Shown piece by piece: positions 9,030 to 19,464 of a stretch of DNA of 64,000 nt. Position numbers and translations under genes: made by a program. Positions within the stretch are counted from its first letter, which is position 1. Each line of letters opens with the position of its first letter. The stretch covers positions 965-64,964 of the forward strand of contig JACOZN010000012.1 in NCBI GenBank assembly GCA_016181305.1. The letters run 5' to 3'. The DNA comes from Candidatus Woesearchaeota archaeon (GTDB lineage Archaea; Nanobdellota; Nanobdellia; Woesearchaeales; GW2011-AR4). The notes beneath the pieces were generated by a model. The model saw only the letters and a list, made by a program, of their open reading frames with translations, was not told the DNA's origin and searched no databases.

Positions 9030-11237
9030 ATGATGAAAATGAAAACAAACAAACTAAGTGTTGGGTTTTATCTTTGGATGGTTTTAGTAATTGGAATACT
9101 TACTGCATCATGCGTTCCAAAAATTTGGGAAAAAGGAGCGATAAAAATAGAGGCTTCTCAGGAATTAAAAAAGTTCTCGTCTGCAAATGAATTGAGGGAG
9201 TACCTGCAGAAAAACGCGCAGGCAAGCTACGGCACCAAATATTTTGGCGGCATTTCAAGAGTCATGGCAATGGGGGTTGCCGAAAGCGCGGCTCCGTCAG
9301 CCCAAAAAATGGCATCTGATTCAGGCGCATCGCAATACTCAACAACAAATATACAAGTTGAGGGAGTTGACGAGGCGGATTTTGTAAAGAACGACGGCAG
9401 GTATATTTACACGCTCACTCAAAACAGGCTGGTTATTGTCGATGCCTACCCTGCCGATAATGCAAAAATAGTCTCTGAAACGGAAATCGGCGGAATGCCG
9501 AGAAACATGCTAGTCAACAAGGACAGGCTTGTTGTGTTATCAGACGACAACGCCCAGGTGCCTTACTTTGCAGAGTTTGACTTCGTGCCAAGGCCGAGGT
9601 ACACCCAAAAAACCCATGTTTTTGTTTATGACATAGAGGACAGGAGCAGCCCGAAGCTCGTAAATGACTACAGCATAAACGGCTATTACTTTGAATCCAG
9701 GATGATTGGAGACTTTGTTTATTTCATTGCAAAGGACAATGTTTATTTTGACGGACCGATAATGCCATTGCCCGCAATAAGGGAGTCCTCAAGAATCATA
9801 GCAAAGCCTGACATTTATTATTTTGACAACCCCGAGCAGAACTATGTTTTCCACACAATTGCTTCATTCAATATCTTCAGCGATGAAGACGAGGTTAACG
9901 CAAAAACCTTCATGATGGGCTACTCCAACACGCTTTATGTCTCGCAGGATAATATTTACATTGCATACCAGAAGAACCTGCCATGGCGATATTATGAAGT
10001 GCATAACGAGGAAAGGTTTTATGATGTTGTAGTGCCGTTGCTGCCTTCTGATGTGCGCAGCGAAATAAGCAAAATCAAGGATGATTCCAGCCTAAACTCC
10101 CAGGAAAAATGGGACAAGATTTCCTCAGTTTTGGAAGACATGTACAATAATATGGAAGATGGTGGGAGGCAGGAGCTTATTGAGAAAATTGAAAAGGCCA
10201 TTGACGAGTACGAGATAAAGCTTGAAGCAGAGAGAAGAAAGACTGTAATCCATAAAATAGGCATTGACAACGGCGAGATTGAGTACAAGGCAAAAGGCGA
10301 AGTGCCCGGCTATCTGCTAAACCAGTTTTCAATGGACGAGCATGACGGCAATTTAAGGCTTGCAACCACAACCGAGATATGGGCAAGAAAATCTGTGATG
10401 TACAACAATGTCTTTGTGCTGGATGAAGGCATGAAAACAATCGGAAAGCTTGAGGCAATCGCGCCTGATGAAAGGATATATTCAGCAAGGTTCATAGGAG
10501 GCAGATTGTACATGGTTACATTCAAGAGGATTGATCCCCTGTTCGTGATAGACTTGTCATCTCCTGAGGAGCCTGAAATACTTGGCGAACTTAAAATACC
10601 GGGCTTTTCAGATTATTTGCATCCTTACGACGAGAATCACATTATAGGCATTGGAAAGGAGACAGAAGGCAATGAATGGGGCGGAGTTTCTGTCAAGGGA
10701 GTGAAGCTTGCATTGTTTGATGTTTCAGACGTGGAAAATCCAAAACAACTTGACAAGTACGAAATTGGAGACAGAGGAACTGACTCTGAGGCATTAAAAG
10801 AGCATAAGGCATTTTTATTCGACAAAGGCAAGAACCTGCTTGTTATTCCAGTCACAGAAGCCAAGGGCAAGATGGAATACGACTCAAGGCTTGGTTATTA
10901 CAGGCAGAGGCTGTGGCAGGGAGCTTATGTCTTTGGATTGACTTTGGAAGGCTTTGAAGTGAAAGGGAAAATAACCCACAATGAAGGTGATGAACAACAG
11001 GATTATTACTATTATGGCTCTCCTAATGCAGTCAGAAGAAGCCTTTACATGGATGAAGTGCTTTACACAATCTCAATGGGTAAAATAAAGGCAAATGACT
11101 TGAACGACATAGCTAACGAGATAAAAGAAGTAAAACTGCCTTACGAAAAGCAAAGATATGATTATCCTTATCCAGTCAAGGCAGTTGGAAGCCCGGGTGT
11201 TGCTGTGCCTGAAACCGAAGCTGCAGAGAGAGGATAG
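9030..11237 (+). CDS. secreted beta-propeller domain protein (COG4880/PF09826-like)
   Basis: N-terminal anchor or signal peptide. Family-typical strings: TNIQVEGVDEADFVKNDGRYIY, RIYSARFIGGRLYMVTFKRIDPLFVIDLSSPEEPEILGELKIPGFSDYLHPYDENHIIGIGKE. Confidence 0.8.
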   Translation: MMKMKTNKLSVGFYLWMVLVIGILTASCVPKIWEKGAIKIEASQELKKFSSANELREYLQKNAQASYGTKYFGGISRVMAMGVAESAAPSAQKMASDSGASQYSTTNIQVEGVDEADFVKNDGRYIYTLTQNRLVIVDAYPADNAKIVSETEIGGMPRNMLVNKDRLVVLSDDNAQVPYFAEFDFVPRPRYTQKTHVFVYDIEDRSSPKLVNDYSINGYYFESRMIGDFVYFIAKDNVYFDGPIMPLPAIRESSRIIAKPDIYYFDNPEQNYVFHTIASFNIFSDEDEVNAKTFMMGYSNTLYVSQDNIYIAYQKNLPWRYYEVHNEERFYDVVVPLLPSDVRSEISKIKDDSSLNSQEKWDKISSVLEDMYNNMEDGGRQELIEKIEKAIDEYEIKLEAERRKTVIHKIGIDNGEIEYKAKGEVPGYLLNQFSMDEHDGNLRLATTTEIWARKSVMYNNVFVLDEGMKTIGKLEAIAPDERIYSARFIGGRLYMVTFKRIDPLFVIDLSSPEEPEILGELKIPGFSDYLHPYDENHIIGIGKETEGNEWGGVSVKGVKLALFDVSDVENPKQLDKYEIGDRGTDSEALKEHKAFLFDKGKNLLVIPVTEAKGKMEYDSRLGYYRQRLWQGAYVFGLTLEGFEVKGKITHNEGDEQQDYYYYGSPNAVRRSLYMDEVLYTISMGKIKANDLNDIANEIKEVKLPYEKQRYDYPYPVKAVGSPGVAVPETEAAERG

Positions 11238-11313
11238 GCATTTATTTAATGTGCTGAGGAAATGTTTATAAATTGAATTCTGTTTCTACGCAAGAGTTGG
11301 GCTAGTGGCGTAA

Positions 11314-12318
11314 ATGGATATTGGAAGATTGGTAGCTGAGGAAGGGCAATATTATAGTAGACTAGATGATGTGCCCTTTGGGCAAGCGCCTGAAGATGGA
11401 GTGGTGGCGAGGATTTTTCAGCCTGATACATTGCTGCCAGAACAATACCTTGAAACTTTTAGAAGAAAAACTCCCAAGGAGCCTGGAGATAAATTAAGAC
11501 TTGCTGTTCTTGAAGATGCAATAATGAATTTTCAAAAATATTTAAAAGCAAGAGATAAAAGAGGGAGAGACTTAGACAGCGAAGCCGAAGGATGGATTTT
11601 AGATCAAGATGGTGATTCTCCGTTTTCTTTTGAAACTGTATGTGAAGTTTTTGGGATGAATCCAGATTATGTCAGGCAAGGGCTTATGAAGTGGAAAGAA
11701 CGCCAATTAAAAGCGCATCCGCATTATCATTCCAAGCCCAAAAAAAGCAAGCAAGACATTGGCAGCCTTCTTACGGATATGCAAAAAGATGCTTTAAGGG
11801 AGTTTATGATTGCGGCATGCAATCCAACCATTAAATACAGCCAGATAATAAAACGGGCTAAGTCAGAGATTGGCGCAAGAACCAACAGGGGTGTTGAATA
11901 TTTTCTTCGTGAATCTTACTATCGCTTTAGAGCCAATAGGATGCCATGCTATGACATGCCCTCGGCAATATATATTGCGTTGCATTATGGTATTTTAAAT
12001 CTGAACGATATCCAAAGCCAAAAACTAAAGAGCCTCGAAAAAGGTGTGGAAATGCTAACTCGTGATGAAAAAAGATTTGTTAGAGCCTACGGGAAGCTTG
12101 CATTGAGTAAAGGACGCACAGGAAACCAGTATGTTAAAGTATTTTTAAGAATCTCAAGAAAGAAATTTGCCACTCGCACAAAAGATATCTATGAAAAATT
12201 CGGAGTAGATGTTAAGAAAAAATTTGAAGCAAATACAGCATATTTGGCAATTGCCGCTTACTATCTTGATTCAAAAAGTCAGGTTAAAAAACCTTGTCCA
12301 GCAAATTGTCAACTTTGA
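11314..12318 (+). CDS. hypothetical protein
   Basis: 334 aa ORF. Its 3' end overlaps the convergent thrS 3' end by 35 nt. No assignable motif. Confidence 0.45.
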   Translation: MDIGRLVAEEGQYYSRLDDVPFGQAPEDGVVARIFQPDTLLPEQYLETFRRKTPKEPGDKLRLAVLEDAIMNFQKYLKARDKRGRDLDSEAEGWILDQDGDSPFSFETVCEVFGMNPDYVRQGLMKWKERQLKAHPHYHSKPKKSKQDIGSLLTDMQKDALREFMIAACNPTIKYSQIIKRAKSEIGARTNRGVEYFLRESYYRFRANRMPCYDMPSAIYIALHYGILNLNDIQSQKLKSLEKGVEMLTRDEKRFVRAYGKLALSKGRTGNQYVKVFLRISRKKFATRTKDIYEKFGVDVKKKFEANTAYLAIAAYYLDSKSQVKKPCPANCQL

Positions 12319-14173
12319 CGTCAAAATAAACCTTGTTGTCAATTGTCCTTAATGCAACCGCACCTTTGCTTTCTTCCTTCTCGCCAACCGTTAAGATGAG
12401 CGGGATTTTCTGCGCCTGCGCTTCCCTTACCTTGTAGCCGACGCTTTCTGTTCTTGCATCAACCTCAACTCTTAAATTATTTTCATCAAATTCTTCTTTT
12501 ATTTTATTTGCATATTTTTCAAACCTGTCGGCAACTGTCAGTATCCTGGCTTGTACAGGCGCAAGCCATAATGGAAGCTTTCCAGCATAATGCTCAACCA
12601 AAATCCCAATGAATCTTTCAAGGGAGCCAAGCAAAGCCCTGTGTATCATGACAACACTATGCTTTGCATTGTCAGCGCCGACATAAGTTGCATCAAATCT
12701 TTCAGGCAGTTGAAAATCAAGCTGGATTGTTGCAAGCTGCCACCCTCTTCCAAGGGCATCTTTTATGTGGAAGTCAATTTTTGGCCCGTAAAAAGCCCCT
12801 TCGCCTTCTTTTATTTTATATTTTATCTTGTTGTTTTCAAGGGCGTGCTTCAGGGAATTTTCTGCCTTTTCCCAATCCTCAATTTTTCCCATGAATTTCT
12901 CGGGCTTTGTGCTTAGCTCAACCTCAAAATCAAAATCAAACACCTTTTTGTAGATAAAATTCGTGAAATCCAGCACTCTGGATATTTCGCCTTCAATCTG
13001 CTCCAATGCAACAAAAATATGCGCGTCATCCTGCGACATTTTTCTCACTCTCGTAAGCCCTGCAAGAGTTCCTGAAAGCTCGTTCCTGTGCAACGGGGCA
13101 AAGTCTGCAATCCTCAATGGCAGGTCCTTGTAGCTTCTTGACTTTGACTTGTAAATCAGAAGATGTGAGGGGCAGTTCATGGGCTTGATGGCAAATTCCC
13201 TGCCTTCTGACTCAAGAGTGAACATGTGCTCCCTGAAATGCTCCCAATGCCCTGATGTCACCCACAATGACTTGTCATAAAGCAATGGGGTTATGACTTC
13301 CTGGTATCCTCTTTTCTTGTACTCTGCCCTGATAAAATTCAGCAATTGGTTGTAGATAACCGCGCCTTTCGGGTAGAAGAACGGCGCTCCCGGGCTTTCC
13401 TCAAAGAAATTAAACCATTCAAGCTCTTTTCCAAGCTTTCTATGATCCCTTTTCTCAGCCTCTTCAATTAGCTTTAAATGCTGCTCCAGCATGCTTTTAT
13501 CAGGAAAGCTTATGCCATAGATTCTCTGCAATTGCTGTTTTGTCTGGTCTCCGTGCCAATAAGCTGATGAAATCTTTGTAAGCTTGAAAGCCTTTATCTT
13601 TCCCGTACTTGGAATATGCGGTCCCCTGCACAAGTCAATGAAATCGCCCTGCCTGTATGCGCTCAGGGGCTGTTTTTCCTTGTGGAATTCCTCAACCAGC
13701 TCGATTTTGTATGGATTGTCTTTGAACAATTTTTTTGCCTCGCTTTCTGTCAATTCAATCCTCTCAACCTTGTAGTCCTTTTTCACTATTTCGTGCATTC
13801 CCTGCCCTATCCTTTCCATGTCTTCAGGAGTGAAATGGTGCGCAATGTCAAAGTCATAGTAAAATCCTTCCTCAACCAGAGGGCCTATTGTAAGCTTTGC
13901 ATCAGGAAAAAGCTCAATGACTGCCTGTGCAAGCAAATGCGCTGTGCTGTGCCTGAAAACCTCTAATCCTTCCTTGTCCCTGAAAGTCAGAATCTGCAGT
14001 GTCGAGTCTTCGTTAATGGGAACAAATAAATCTTTTAGTTTGCCGTTTACCTTTGCCACTAATGCGTCTTCCCCAAGCCTTTTGCCTATGCTGAATGCAA
14101 TTTCCCCTGCGGTTATGCCTTTTGCATACTCTCTTGCGCTGCCGTCAGGCAAAGTTATCTTGATTTTTGTCAT
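12284..14173 (-). CDS. thrS: threonyl-tRNA synthetase (with N-terminal TGS and editing domains)
   Basis: TGS-like MTKIKITLPDGSAREY, HSTAHLLAQA editing motif, class II core (FRHEQSG-like NELSGTLAGLTRVR), and an anticodon-binding C-terminus. Confidence 0.95.
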   Translation of the reverse strand: MTKIKITLPDGSAREYAKGITAGEIAFSIGKRLGEDALVAKVNGKLKDLFVPINEDSTLQILTFRDKEGLEVFRHSTAHLLAQAVIELFPDAKLTIGPLVEEGFYYDFDIAHHFTPEDMERIGQGMHEIVKKDYKVERIELTESEAKKLFKDNPYKIELVEEFHKEKQPLSAYRQGDFIDLCRGPHIPSTGKIKAFKLTKISSAYWHGDQTKQQLQRIYGISFPDKSMLEQHLKLIEEAEKRDHRKLGKELEWFNFFEESPGAPFFYPKGAVIYNQLLNFIRAEYKKRGYQEVITPLLYDKSLWVTSGHWEHFREHMFTLESEGREFAIKPMNCPSHLLIYKSKSRSYKDLPLRIADFAPLHRNELSGTLAGLTRVRKMSQDDAHIFVALEQIEGEISRVLDFTNFIYKKVFDFDFEVELSTKPEKFMGKIEDWEKAENSLKHALENNKIKYKIKEGEGAFYGPKIDFHIKDALGRGWQLATIQLDFQLPERFDATYVGADNAKHSVVMIHRALLGSLERFIGILVEHYAGKLPLWLAPVQARILTVADRFEKYANKIKEEFDENNLRVEVDARTESVGYKVREAQAQKIPLILTVGEKEESKGAVALRTIDNKVYFDVKVDNLLDKVF

Positions 14174-14176
14174 TTT

Positions 14177-14230
14177 TTGATTGTTTGAATTTTACTTGAT
14201 TTACGCTTGATTTAAATATTTTGTTGAATT
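14177..14230. repeat. five TTGAWTT direct repeats in thrS upstream region
   Basis: Units start at 14177, 14185, 14196, 14207 and 14224 (spacings 8, 11, 11, 17 nt). They flank a TTTAAATA at 14210-14217. Confidence 0.4.
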
Positions 14231-14621
14231 TTTAAAACAAAGGAAAAATTTAATTAAACAATGAGCAGCTTTCAAGCTGTTGTTGTAGTTGTAGAAGCAG
14301 TCAAAAGAGAAGTTGCGGAATTTAAAGTTAGTTTTGCATTCATAACTAAAACAATTAATATCAACTATTTAAAGTTTTCTGAAAAATTGAATAAACATCA
14401 AATTACCCCCAATAAAATTAAAACACTGGCGACCCTTTTTCTTGCTTCGCTATAATGGGGTGCCCCGCACTGCTGTTGCACTAACTCACTTTATTTTAAA
14501 GTGCAAGAATAACAAGCGGGTTTCCTCAATCACTCTGCTGAAAGAGGACGCTCTCGTGATTTTTTAATAAATTTTATATTGGACGATTTGATGTAAAAAG
14601 AACTAAGTGTAATGAATTAGA

Positions 14622-15173
14622 CTAACTTTGCTCTGATGCGCATTTCTCGCAGAGCAGTGCGCCCTTGACTTTGGTTATGTCCTCGGAATATGCCCCACAG
14701 CCCTGGCAGATTGCCTCTCGGGATATGATTCTGTCAATGGGCTTTCTTGTTTCCTCCCTGAGCTCAAATTTCTCGACCAGAAGCTCGAACAGCTGCGGCT
14801 CGATTTTCAGGATGTCCTTTAGGGTGAGCAATCCAACCATCTTGCCGTTCTCGACGGCAGGCAGGTGCCTTATGTTGGAGTCGCGCATTTTTATCAATGC
14901 GTCATAAATGTCGTCATTCGGGCTTATTGTCATAATCTCTGTCTCCATGAAATCACTTACTTTCTTTGTCAATGGATTTATGCCCTTTGCAATGACTTTC
15001 CTCACAATGTCCTGCTCTGTTATGAGCCCTTTTGACTGGTGGTTGTCCTTGATTACCAGTGCGCCGACATGGTTTTTTGCCATCATCTTCGCGCATTCCT
15101 CTAAAGAAACATCTGAAGGGACAGAAATAGGCTTTGTAGTCATGCAGTCATAAACTTTATATCCTGTTTTCAT
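14622..15173 (-). CDS. CBS-domain pair protein with C-terminal zinc ribbon
   Basis: Two CBS-like repeats (ITEQDIVRKV..., LLTLKDILK) and a C-terminal CQGCG...CEKC. Confidence 0.8.
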   Translation of the reverse strand: MKTGYKVYDCMTTKPISVPSDVSLEECAKMMAKNHVGALVIKDNHQSKGLITEQDIVRKVIAKGINPLTKKVSDFMETEIMTISPNDDIYDALIKMRDSNIRHLPAVENGKMVGLLTLKDILKIEPQLFELLVEKFELREETRKPIDRIISREAICQGCGAYSEDITKVKGALLCEKCASEQS

Positions 15174-15288
15174 AGAAAAAGAATTGTTTTTGGAGTATAT
15201 TAAGTTTTCTAATCTGATATATTTTAGAAAGGATAGGTTGGAGGTTTTAGGTTTTAATTATTAATTCCTAAAGAATAAAATGAGATTA

Positions 15289-15894
15289 TTATTTCTTGGA
15301 AAGAATAGTCCTAGTTAGTGCAATGAAATAATCTCCAAGTACGCCACGCTGTATTATTGGATCGATTTTGTACTCAGTTAATGGCATAGTCTCAATTTCT
15401 ATTCTTGTGCCACCTCTTTGTCCTAAATTCATTGTTGTTGTTTTTTCAATTCCGACGGATTCTGGTTTTCCATCTACAGGGCTTTGCCCTCCTTCGTATA
15501 TAAATAAAGAATAATCAAGACTTAGCTCATTATTTTTTCCAAAGCTAACACTTTTAGGGACAAAAGGTGATTTTCTAATTCTAGTTTTTAACATCCCATT
15601 TCCAATCGGAAGAAAATAAAAATCAACAAAGTCTTTTAAATCTGGGTTGTATCCGCTAAGCCTGTAGCCTATTGCTACCTCTTCACTTCCATCATCTTTT
15701 TGGATTCTTACTGGAAAAGTGTCTTTGCTAGCTTTAATCTGTTCTATCAGTTTATCATAATCTATATTTTGTTCTGCATAAACAGCAGGTGGATTCAACA
15801 TGTCAGCAGTTGGAATAATAGCGGTGCCTGCACCAATGATAACAGAAGCTGATTTTCCTATTCCAGAGTTTGCAATTTTTGACATTAGCCCCAT
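15289..15894 (-). CDS. hypothetical protein
   Basis: 201 aa ORF with a weakly hydrophobic N-terminus. It looks AT-richer than its neighbours by eye. Confidence 0.45.
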   Translation of the reverse strand: MGLMSKIANSGIGKSASVIIGAGTAIIPTADMLNPPAVYAEQNIDYDKLIEQIKASKDTFPVRIQKDDGSEEVAIGYRLSGYNPDLKDFVDFYFLPIGNGMLKTRIRKSPFVPKSVSFGKNNELSLDYSLFIYEGGQSPVDGKPESVGIEKTTTMNLGQRGGTRIEIETMPLTEYKIDPIIQRGVLGDYFIALTRTILSKK

Positions 15895-16003
15895 TTGTAT
15901 CAGTATGCATTAAGCTTAATTTCTATTTAAATCTTTTCTTTTTTATCACTTTATTGTAGCTACAACAGAAAAATTTATAAACTGTCATTTTATCCACCCT
16001 AGT

Positions 16004-16465
16004 ATGGAAACTAATTGCGTTTCATACGAAAATTTGATGGGTTCGCTACGTGAAATTTCCAGAAGCAAGCATGTCAACCCAACAATGCACCATTATGCAG
16101 ATGAGTCTGTTAAATTTCTTCAAAAACACCCAAAAACATCAGAATTGCTGGAAGAAGCGCTTTCTAATACGCCATGCAAAGACATTGCGGAAATAGTTCA
16201 AAGACTTGCCGCAGGAAGAAGAGATTTGGTTATAGCTGATGAGGCTATTAAATTGGAAAAAGGATTATCATTTTACTCAAGAGAAATTGAAAAAGCAGCA
16301 AACATGGCAGCTAACACCGTTGAAGGTGTAGGTATTATTGTAGGTACGGAAATTAGTAGTTCGTGGAAAAGCTTCAAAGAAAATGTTTATTATGGTGCAA
16401 CAGGCGCAGGTGTTTTAGCAGCATTAGTTCTTGCAGCACTCGCAGTTAAGTGGTATAGGAAATAA
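16004..16465 (+). CDS. hypothetical tail-anchored protein
   Basis: 153 aa with a single C-terminal hydrophobic segment (GAGVLAALVLAALAVKWY). Confidence 0.45.
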   Translation: METNCVSYENLMGSLREISRSKHVNPTMHHYADESVKFLQKHPKTSELLEEALSNTPCKDIAEIVQRLAAGRRDLVIADEAIKLEKGLSFYSREIEKAANMAANTVEGVGIIVGTEISSSWKSFKENVYYGATGAGVLAALVLAALAVKWYRK

Positions 16466-16501
16466 AGGCAAGCGAAAATTGCCAACAATTAGAGAAAATA
16501 T

Positions 16502-18484
16502 TTACCCCATCAAAATCTCAACGTCTTTTCCAAAAACCCTCTTCAAGTCCTCGAATATCGGCTCTTTTATAGACGGCTTTTGAGGCGCTTGCGCATTTGC
16601 CAGCGCTTTTTCCAACTCTTCCAAAGAACTCTTCTCGATAGTATCTAAAGAGCCATCATCATTTATCTTTGCCTTGCTCAGTTCCTTCTCCTCGTTGTCA
16701 ATGTCATGGATTATGTAAGCAGTATTATTAAGCAGAATAACCTCTCCGAACTTGCTGCCGTGCTTCACCCTTATCTTAACCCTTTCAAGCTCCCTCGCCC
16801 TTTTTCTCTGCATGTGCTCGACAAGGAATTTTATCAAGGAGCCTGCCTCCTGATGCACCTTTTCTATCTCAACCTTTGAAAGCCTTTTCTCGTCAAAATC
16901 CTTTTTTGCCTTTACAATATCCTGTATTGTCCTGAAAAACTTTGCAGGCAGTTTGCCTTCCGAAACAAGCTTGTCCTCGGCAAAATGTATGAGCTCGTTG
17001 TCTTTCGCCTTTTCAACCCCCTCGAGCTTTAGAACATCCCTCAGCACGGTAGTTATTGTATCGTAAAGATTGAGCATCTCCCTCTCGTCCCTTATCCTTT
17101 CTATCTGAGTGAACAATCTTTTTATTCTTTTCAGGTACTTGTCGCCGTCGCTGAGCAGCTCGTCAATCTCCTTGCCTGAAAGCTCCTTTTTCTCCCCGTG
17201 CTCTATGGCTTTTCTTGTCTCTACAACCCTCTCCATAATCTTTACAAACTTCTCTTCAAGCAGCTTTTCCTTCTGCACGAAAATCTGCCTCATTAATTGC
17301 CCTGTTTCCTTTGGGCTTGGAGGGGCTACTCCATAAAGCATTAAAGCTGCCTGGCTTGGCGTCAATAATGCATAGTAAATGTCTTCCATTCCAATTTCAT
17401 TTAGCTTTAATTGTACTCTTCTTATAACCTGCTCGCCTGAACCCATGAACATGTCAATGGCTTCCGCACTTGGCTTTATTTTGCCCATTTTCAGCAGCTG
17501 CTTCCAGGGCATGAAAATGCCCCTGTCAAAAAATGGCACTCCGTCTCGGAGCAATGTGAATATTACCGGGTTTGCCTCTCTCAAAGAATCCCAGAAATCA
17601 GTCAAAATGTAAACCTGGATGTTGATCTTATTTTTTATTCCTGTAAGCTCGCCTGCCTCGATTCCCATTCCTATGATTATTGCCCTCAGCTTGTCTTTTA
17701 GCTCCGCCCTTGTCATCTTCTTGACATCGGTATCGTCTATGACAATCCAGACATCAATGTCGCTTGAAGGAGTGGCTTTGCCCTGAACAAGCGAGCCGGC
17801 AAGCACATAGCTTACAATGTACTTCTCGAATTTCTTCAGCACCATTGTCTTGTGGACTTCTGCTATTTTAATTGCCTGGAGCATTCCTGTGTCATGTATA
17901 GGCGCCGACAATGCTATAAGCTGCAGCAGCTCATATTTAGCGTCAAAGCAGTTCTGCCATAGCTCTGAAAGAATCAGGGTTTGAGGCGTTAAATTATGGT
18001 CGATTTCCTTTGAGATGCTTTCAACTATTGCAGTTAATTTGTCTTTCAGCTCTATTTTTGACATTGTCCTGCTGTCCGAGTCATCAACCAAAACAAGAAC
18101 ATGGATTTTGTCTTTGTCTTCGGGCTTTGGCTCTGCCTTTTGTGGCTGCATCTCTGCCTGAGACGGCTGTATCTGCTGCAGTTGCTGCATCTCCTCGGGC
18201 TTTGGAGGCGGCATCAATGCAATGCCGATAATATACTTGTCAAATTTCTCAAGAACTCTTTTCTGGAATTTCTCCAGCTTTGACTTTATGGCTTTAAGCT
18301 TTTCCTGCACATCGCCCGGAAGCTTTGAAAGAGCCTCTGCTTCTTTAGCATCAGGCGGAGGGCTTTCACTGCTCTCTTTTTCCTTATACTGCTTCTTGTC
18401 TTTCTTAGCCATTCCAACCCCATTTTTGATAATTTTGTTTGCTTTATAAATGTTTGCCTTGATGAATCCAGAGCTTATTTTCAA
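16502..18484 (-). CDS. nucleotidyltransferase (Pol-beta superfamily) domain protein, tandem NTase-like halves
   Basis: GSLVQGKATPSSDIDVWIVIDD matches the G-S...D-x-D NTase motif. It is preceded by a degenerate copy (IHVLVLVDDSD). The start could instead be the ATG at 18412 (MAKKDKK...). Confidence 0.6.
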   Translation of the reverse strand: MKISSGFIKANIYKANKIIKNGVGMAKKDKKQYKEKESSESPPPDAKEAEALSKLPGDVQEKLKAIKSKLEKFQKRVLEKFDKYIIGIALMPPPKPEEMQQLQQIQPSQAEMQPQKAEPKPEDKDKIHVLVLVDDSDSRTMSKIELKDKLTAIVESISKEIDHNLTPQTLILSELWQNCFDAKYELLQLIALSAPIHDTGMLQAIKIAEVHKTMVLKKFEKYIVSYVLAGSLVQGKATPSSDIDVWIVIDDTDVKKMTRAELKDKLRAIIIGMGIEAGELTGIKNKINIQVYILTDFWDSLREANPVIFTLLRDGVPFFDRGIFMPWKQLLKMGKIKPSAEAIDMFMGSGEQVIRRVQLKLNEIGMEDIYYALLTPSQAALMLYGVAPPSPKETGQLMRQIFVQKEKLLEEKFVKIMERVVETRKAIEHGEKKELSGKEIDELLSDGDKYLKRIKRLFTQIERIRDEREMLNLYDTITTVLRDVLKLEGVEKAKDNELIHFAEDKLVSEGKLPAKFFRTIQDIVKAKKDFDEKRLSKVEIEKVHQEAGSLIKFLVEHMQRKRARELERVKIRVKHGSKFGEVILLNNTAYIIHDIDNEEKELSKAKINDDGSLDTIEKSSLEELEKALANAQAPQKPSIKEPIFEDLKRVFGKDVEILMG

Positions 18485-18516
18485 TATAGAAAATAAATAA
18501 CGAGCATATATCGAAC

Positions 18517-18648
18517 CGAAAGATTTAAATACAAGTTACATTACTAAGTAGTAGTAACAAATTAGCTTCTTAGGGGTGAATAAAATATAGATACTCCAGA
18601 AGCGAAAAGCTTAAATACAAGTGTTATTATGATAAAGTAGTAACAAAT
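18517..18648 (+). repeat. two 46-nt imperfect direct repeats, each carrying a TATA-like box
   Basis: 18517-18562 and 18603-18648 match at 35/46 positions by my alignment, sharing TTAAATACAAGT and AGTAGTAACAAAT blocks. Confidence 0.6.
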
Positions 18649-18703
18649 CATAAACAAAGTTAATAAAAACCAAAGTTATACCAAAACAAAGGGGGAAAAG
18701 AAA

Positions 18704-19396
18704 ATGGGAGAAGCTGCAAAGAATCTTGAACAGATGGTGGGTCTTGACGAATTGACAACCAAGGTAAAGGACTTTCAGGATAGTCCTTCTTTTAGGCTTT
18801 TGCAGAATAGCTTGCATAAGGTTGCCACTGATTATTATGATGCTGTTGATGGAAAAGCAGAAACTAAAGAGCTTGTTCTTGATGAAACCAGGGCAAGGGA
18901 TTTGGCAAACAAGCTGTGGGACACTGCTGCAGAGCAGATTGTGGTTAACTATCTAGCTAAAGGAAAACCAAGCAAAATCAAGGAATTAATGAGCTTAAAG
19001 GACGAGAAAGACCCGGCAACCGGCAAGCCACAATGGGAGTCTTTTATCAGGGAGCATTTGGGAATGAACAGGGATGAATTGTATGAAGCCCTCAAGACAA
19101 GAAGTGTAGTGAAGCGCGGTGAAATAGACGCTGTCATAGTAAAGCCGATTTATGATGCGCATGCAAATGCATTTACATCAAAGGCTGTCGCTACAAAAAT
19201 TGACTCAATAGAAAAGGCAAATGCAGCTCTGGACTACTTGAAGCAGCTGAAAAATGCAAATCCAAAGACATACGAAGCATTCAATATTCCGACAACGGTG
19301 AACAGCGTAGAGCAGGCGCAAAGGCTCTATGTAAGCGCAACACAGCTGTTGTCAAAAGACTACAAGCCAAAAGTAGCTGAAACGTATAAAAAGTAG
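18704..19396 (+). CDS. hypothetical soluble protein
   Basis: 230 aa, preceded by AAGGGGGAAAAG. No motif recognised. Confidence 0.55.
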   Translation: MGEAAKNLEQMVGLDELTTKVKDFQDSPSFRLLQNSLHKVATDYYDAVDGKAETKELVLDETRARDLANKLWDTAAEQIVVNYLAKGKPSKIKELMSLKDEKDPATGKPQWESFIREHLGMNRDELYEALKTRSVVKRGEIDAVIVKPIYDAHANAFTSKAVATKIDSIEKANAALDYLKQLKNANPKTYEAFNIPTTVNSVEQAQRLYVSATQLLSKDYKPKVAETYKK

Positions 19397-19464
19397 CCTG
19401 AAAACCGATTTCTTTTATTTTTTAATTTTTCTTTTCAATCTTACAGGCAGGACTAAAGAATAAA

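Noticed and set aside
14261-14455. 64-aa plus-strand ORF, and a possible tRNA, SRP RNA or C/D sRNA in the 14.2-14.6 kb gap.
   Set aside because: The ORF has no signals and an implausible composition. I found no tRNA cloverleaf, SRP helix-8 motif or C/D box pair. Only hairpins are present, and these are reported separately.
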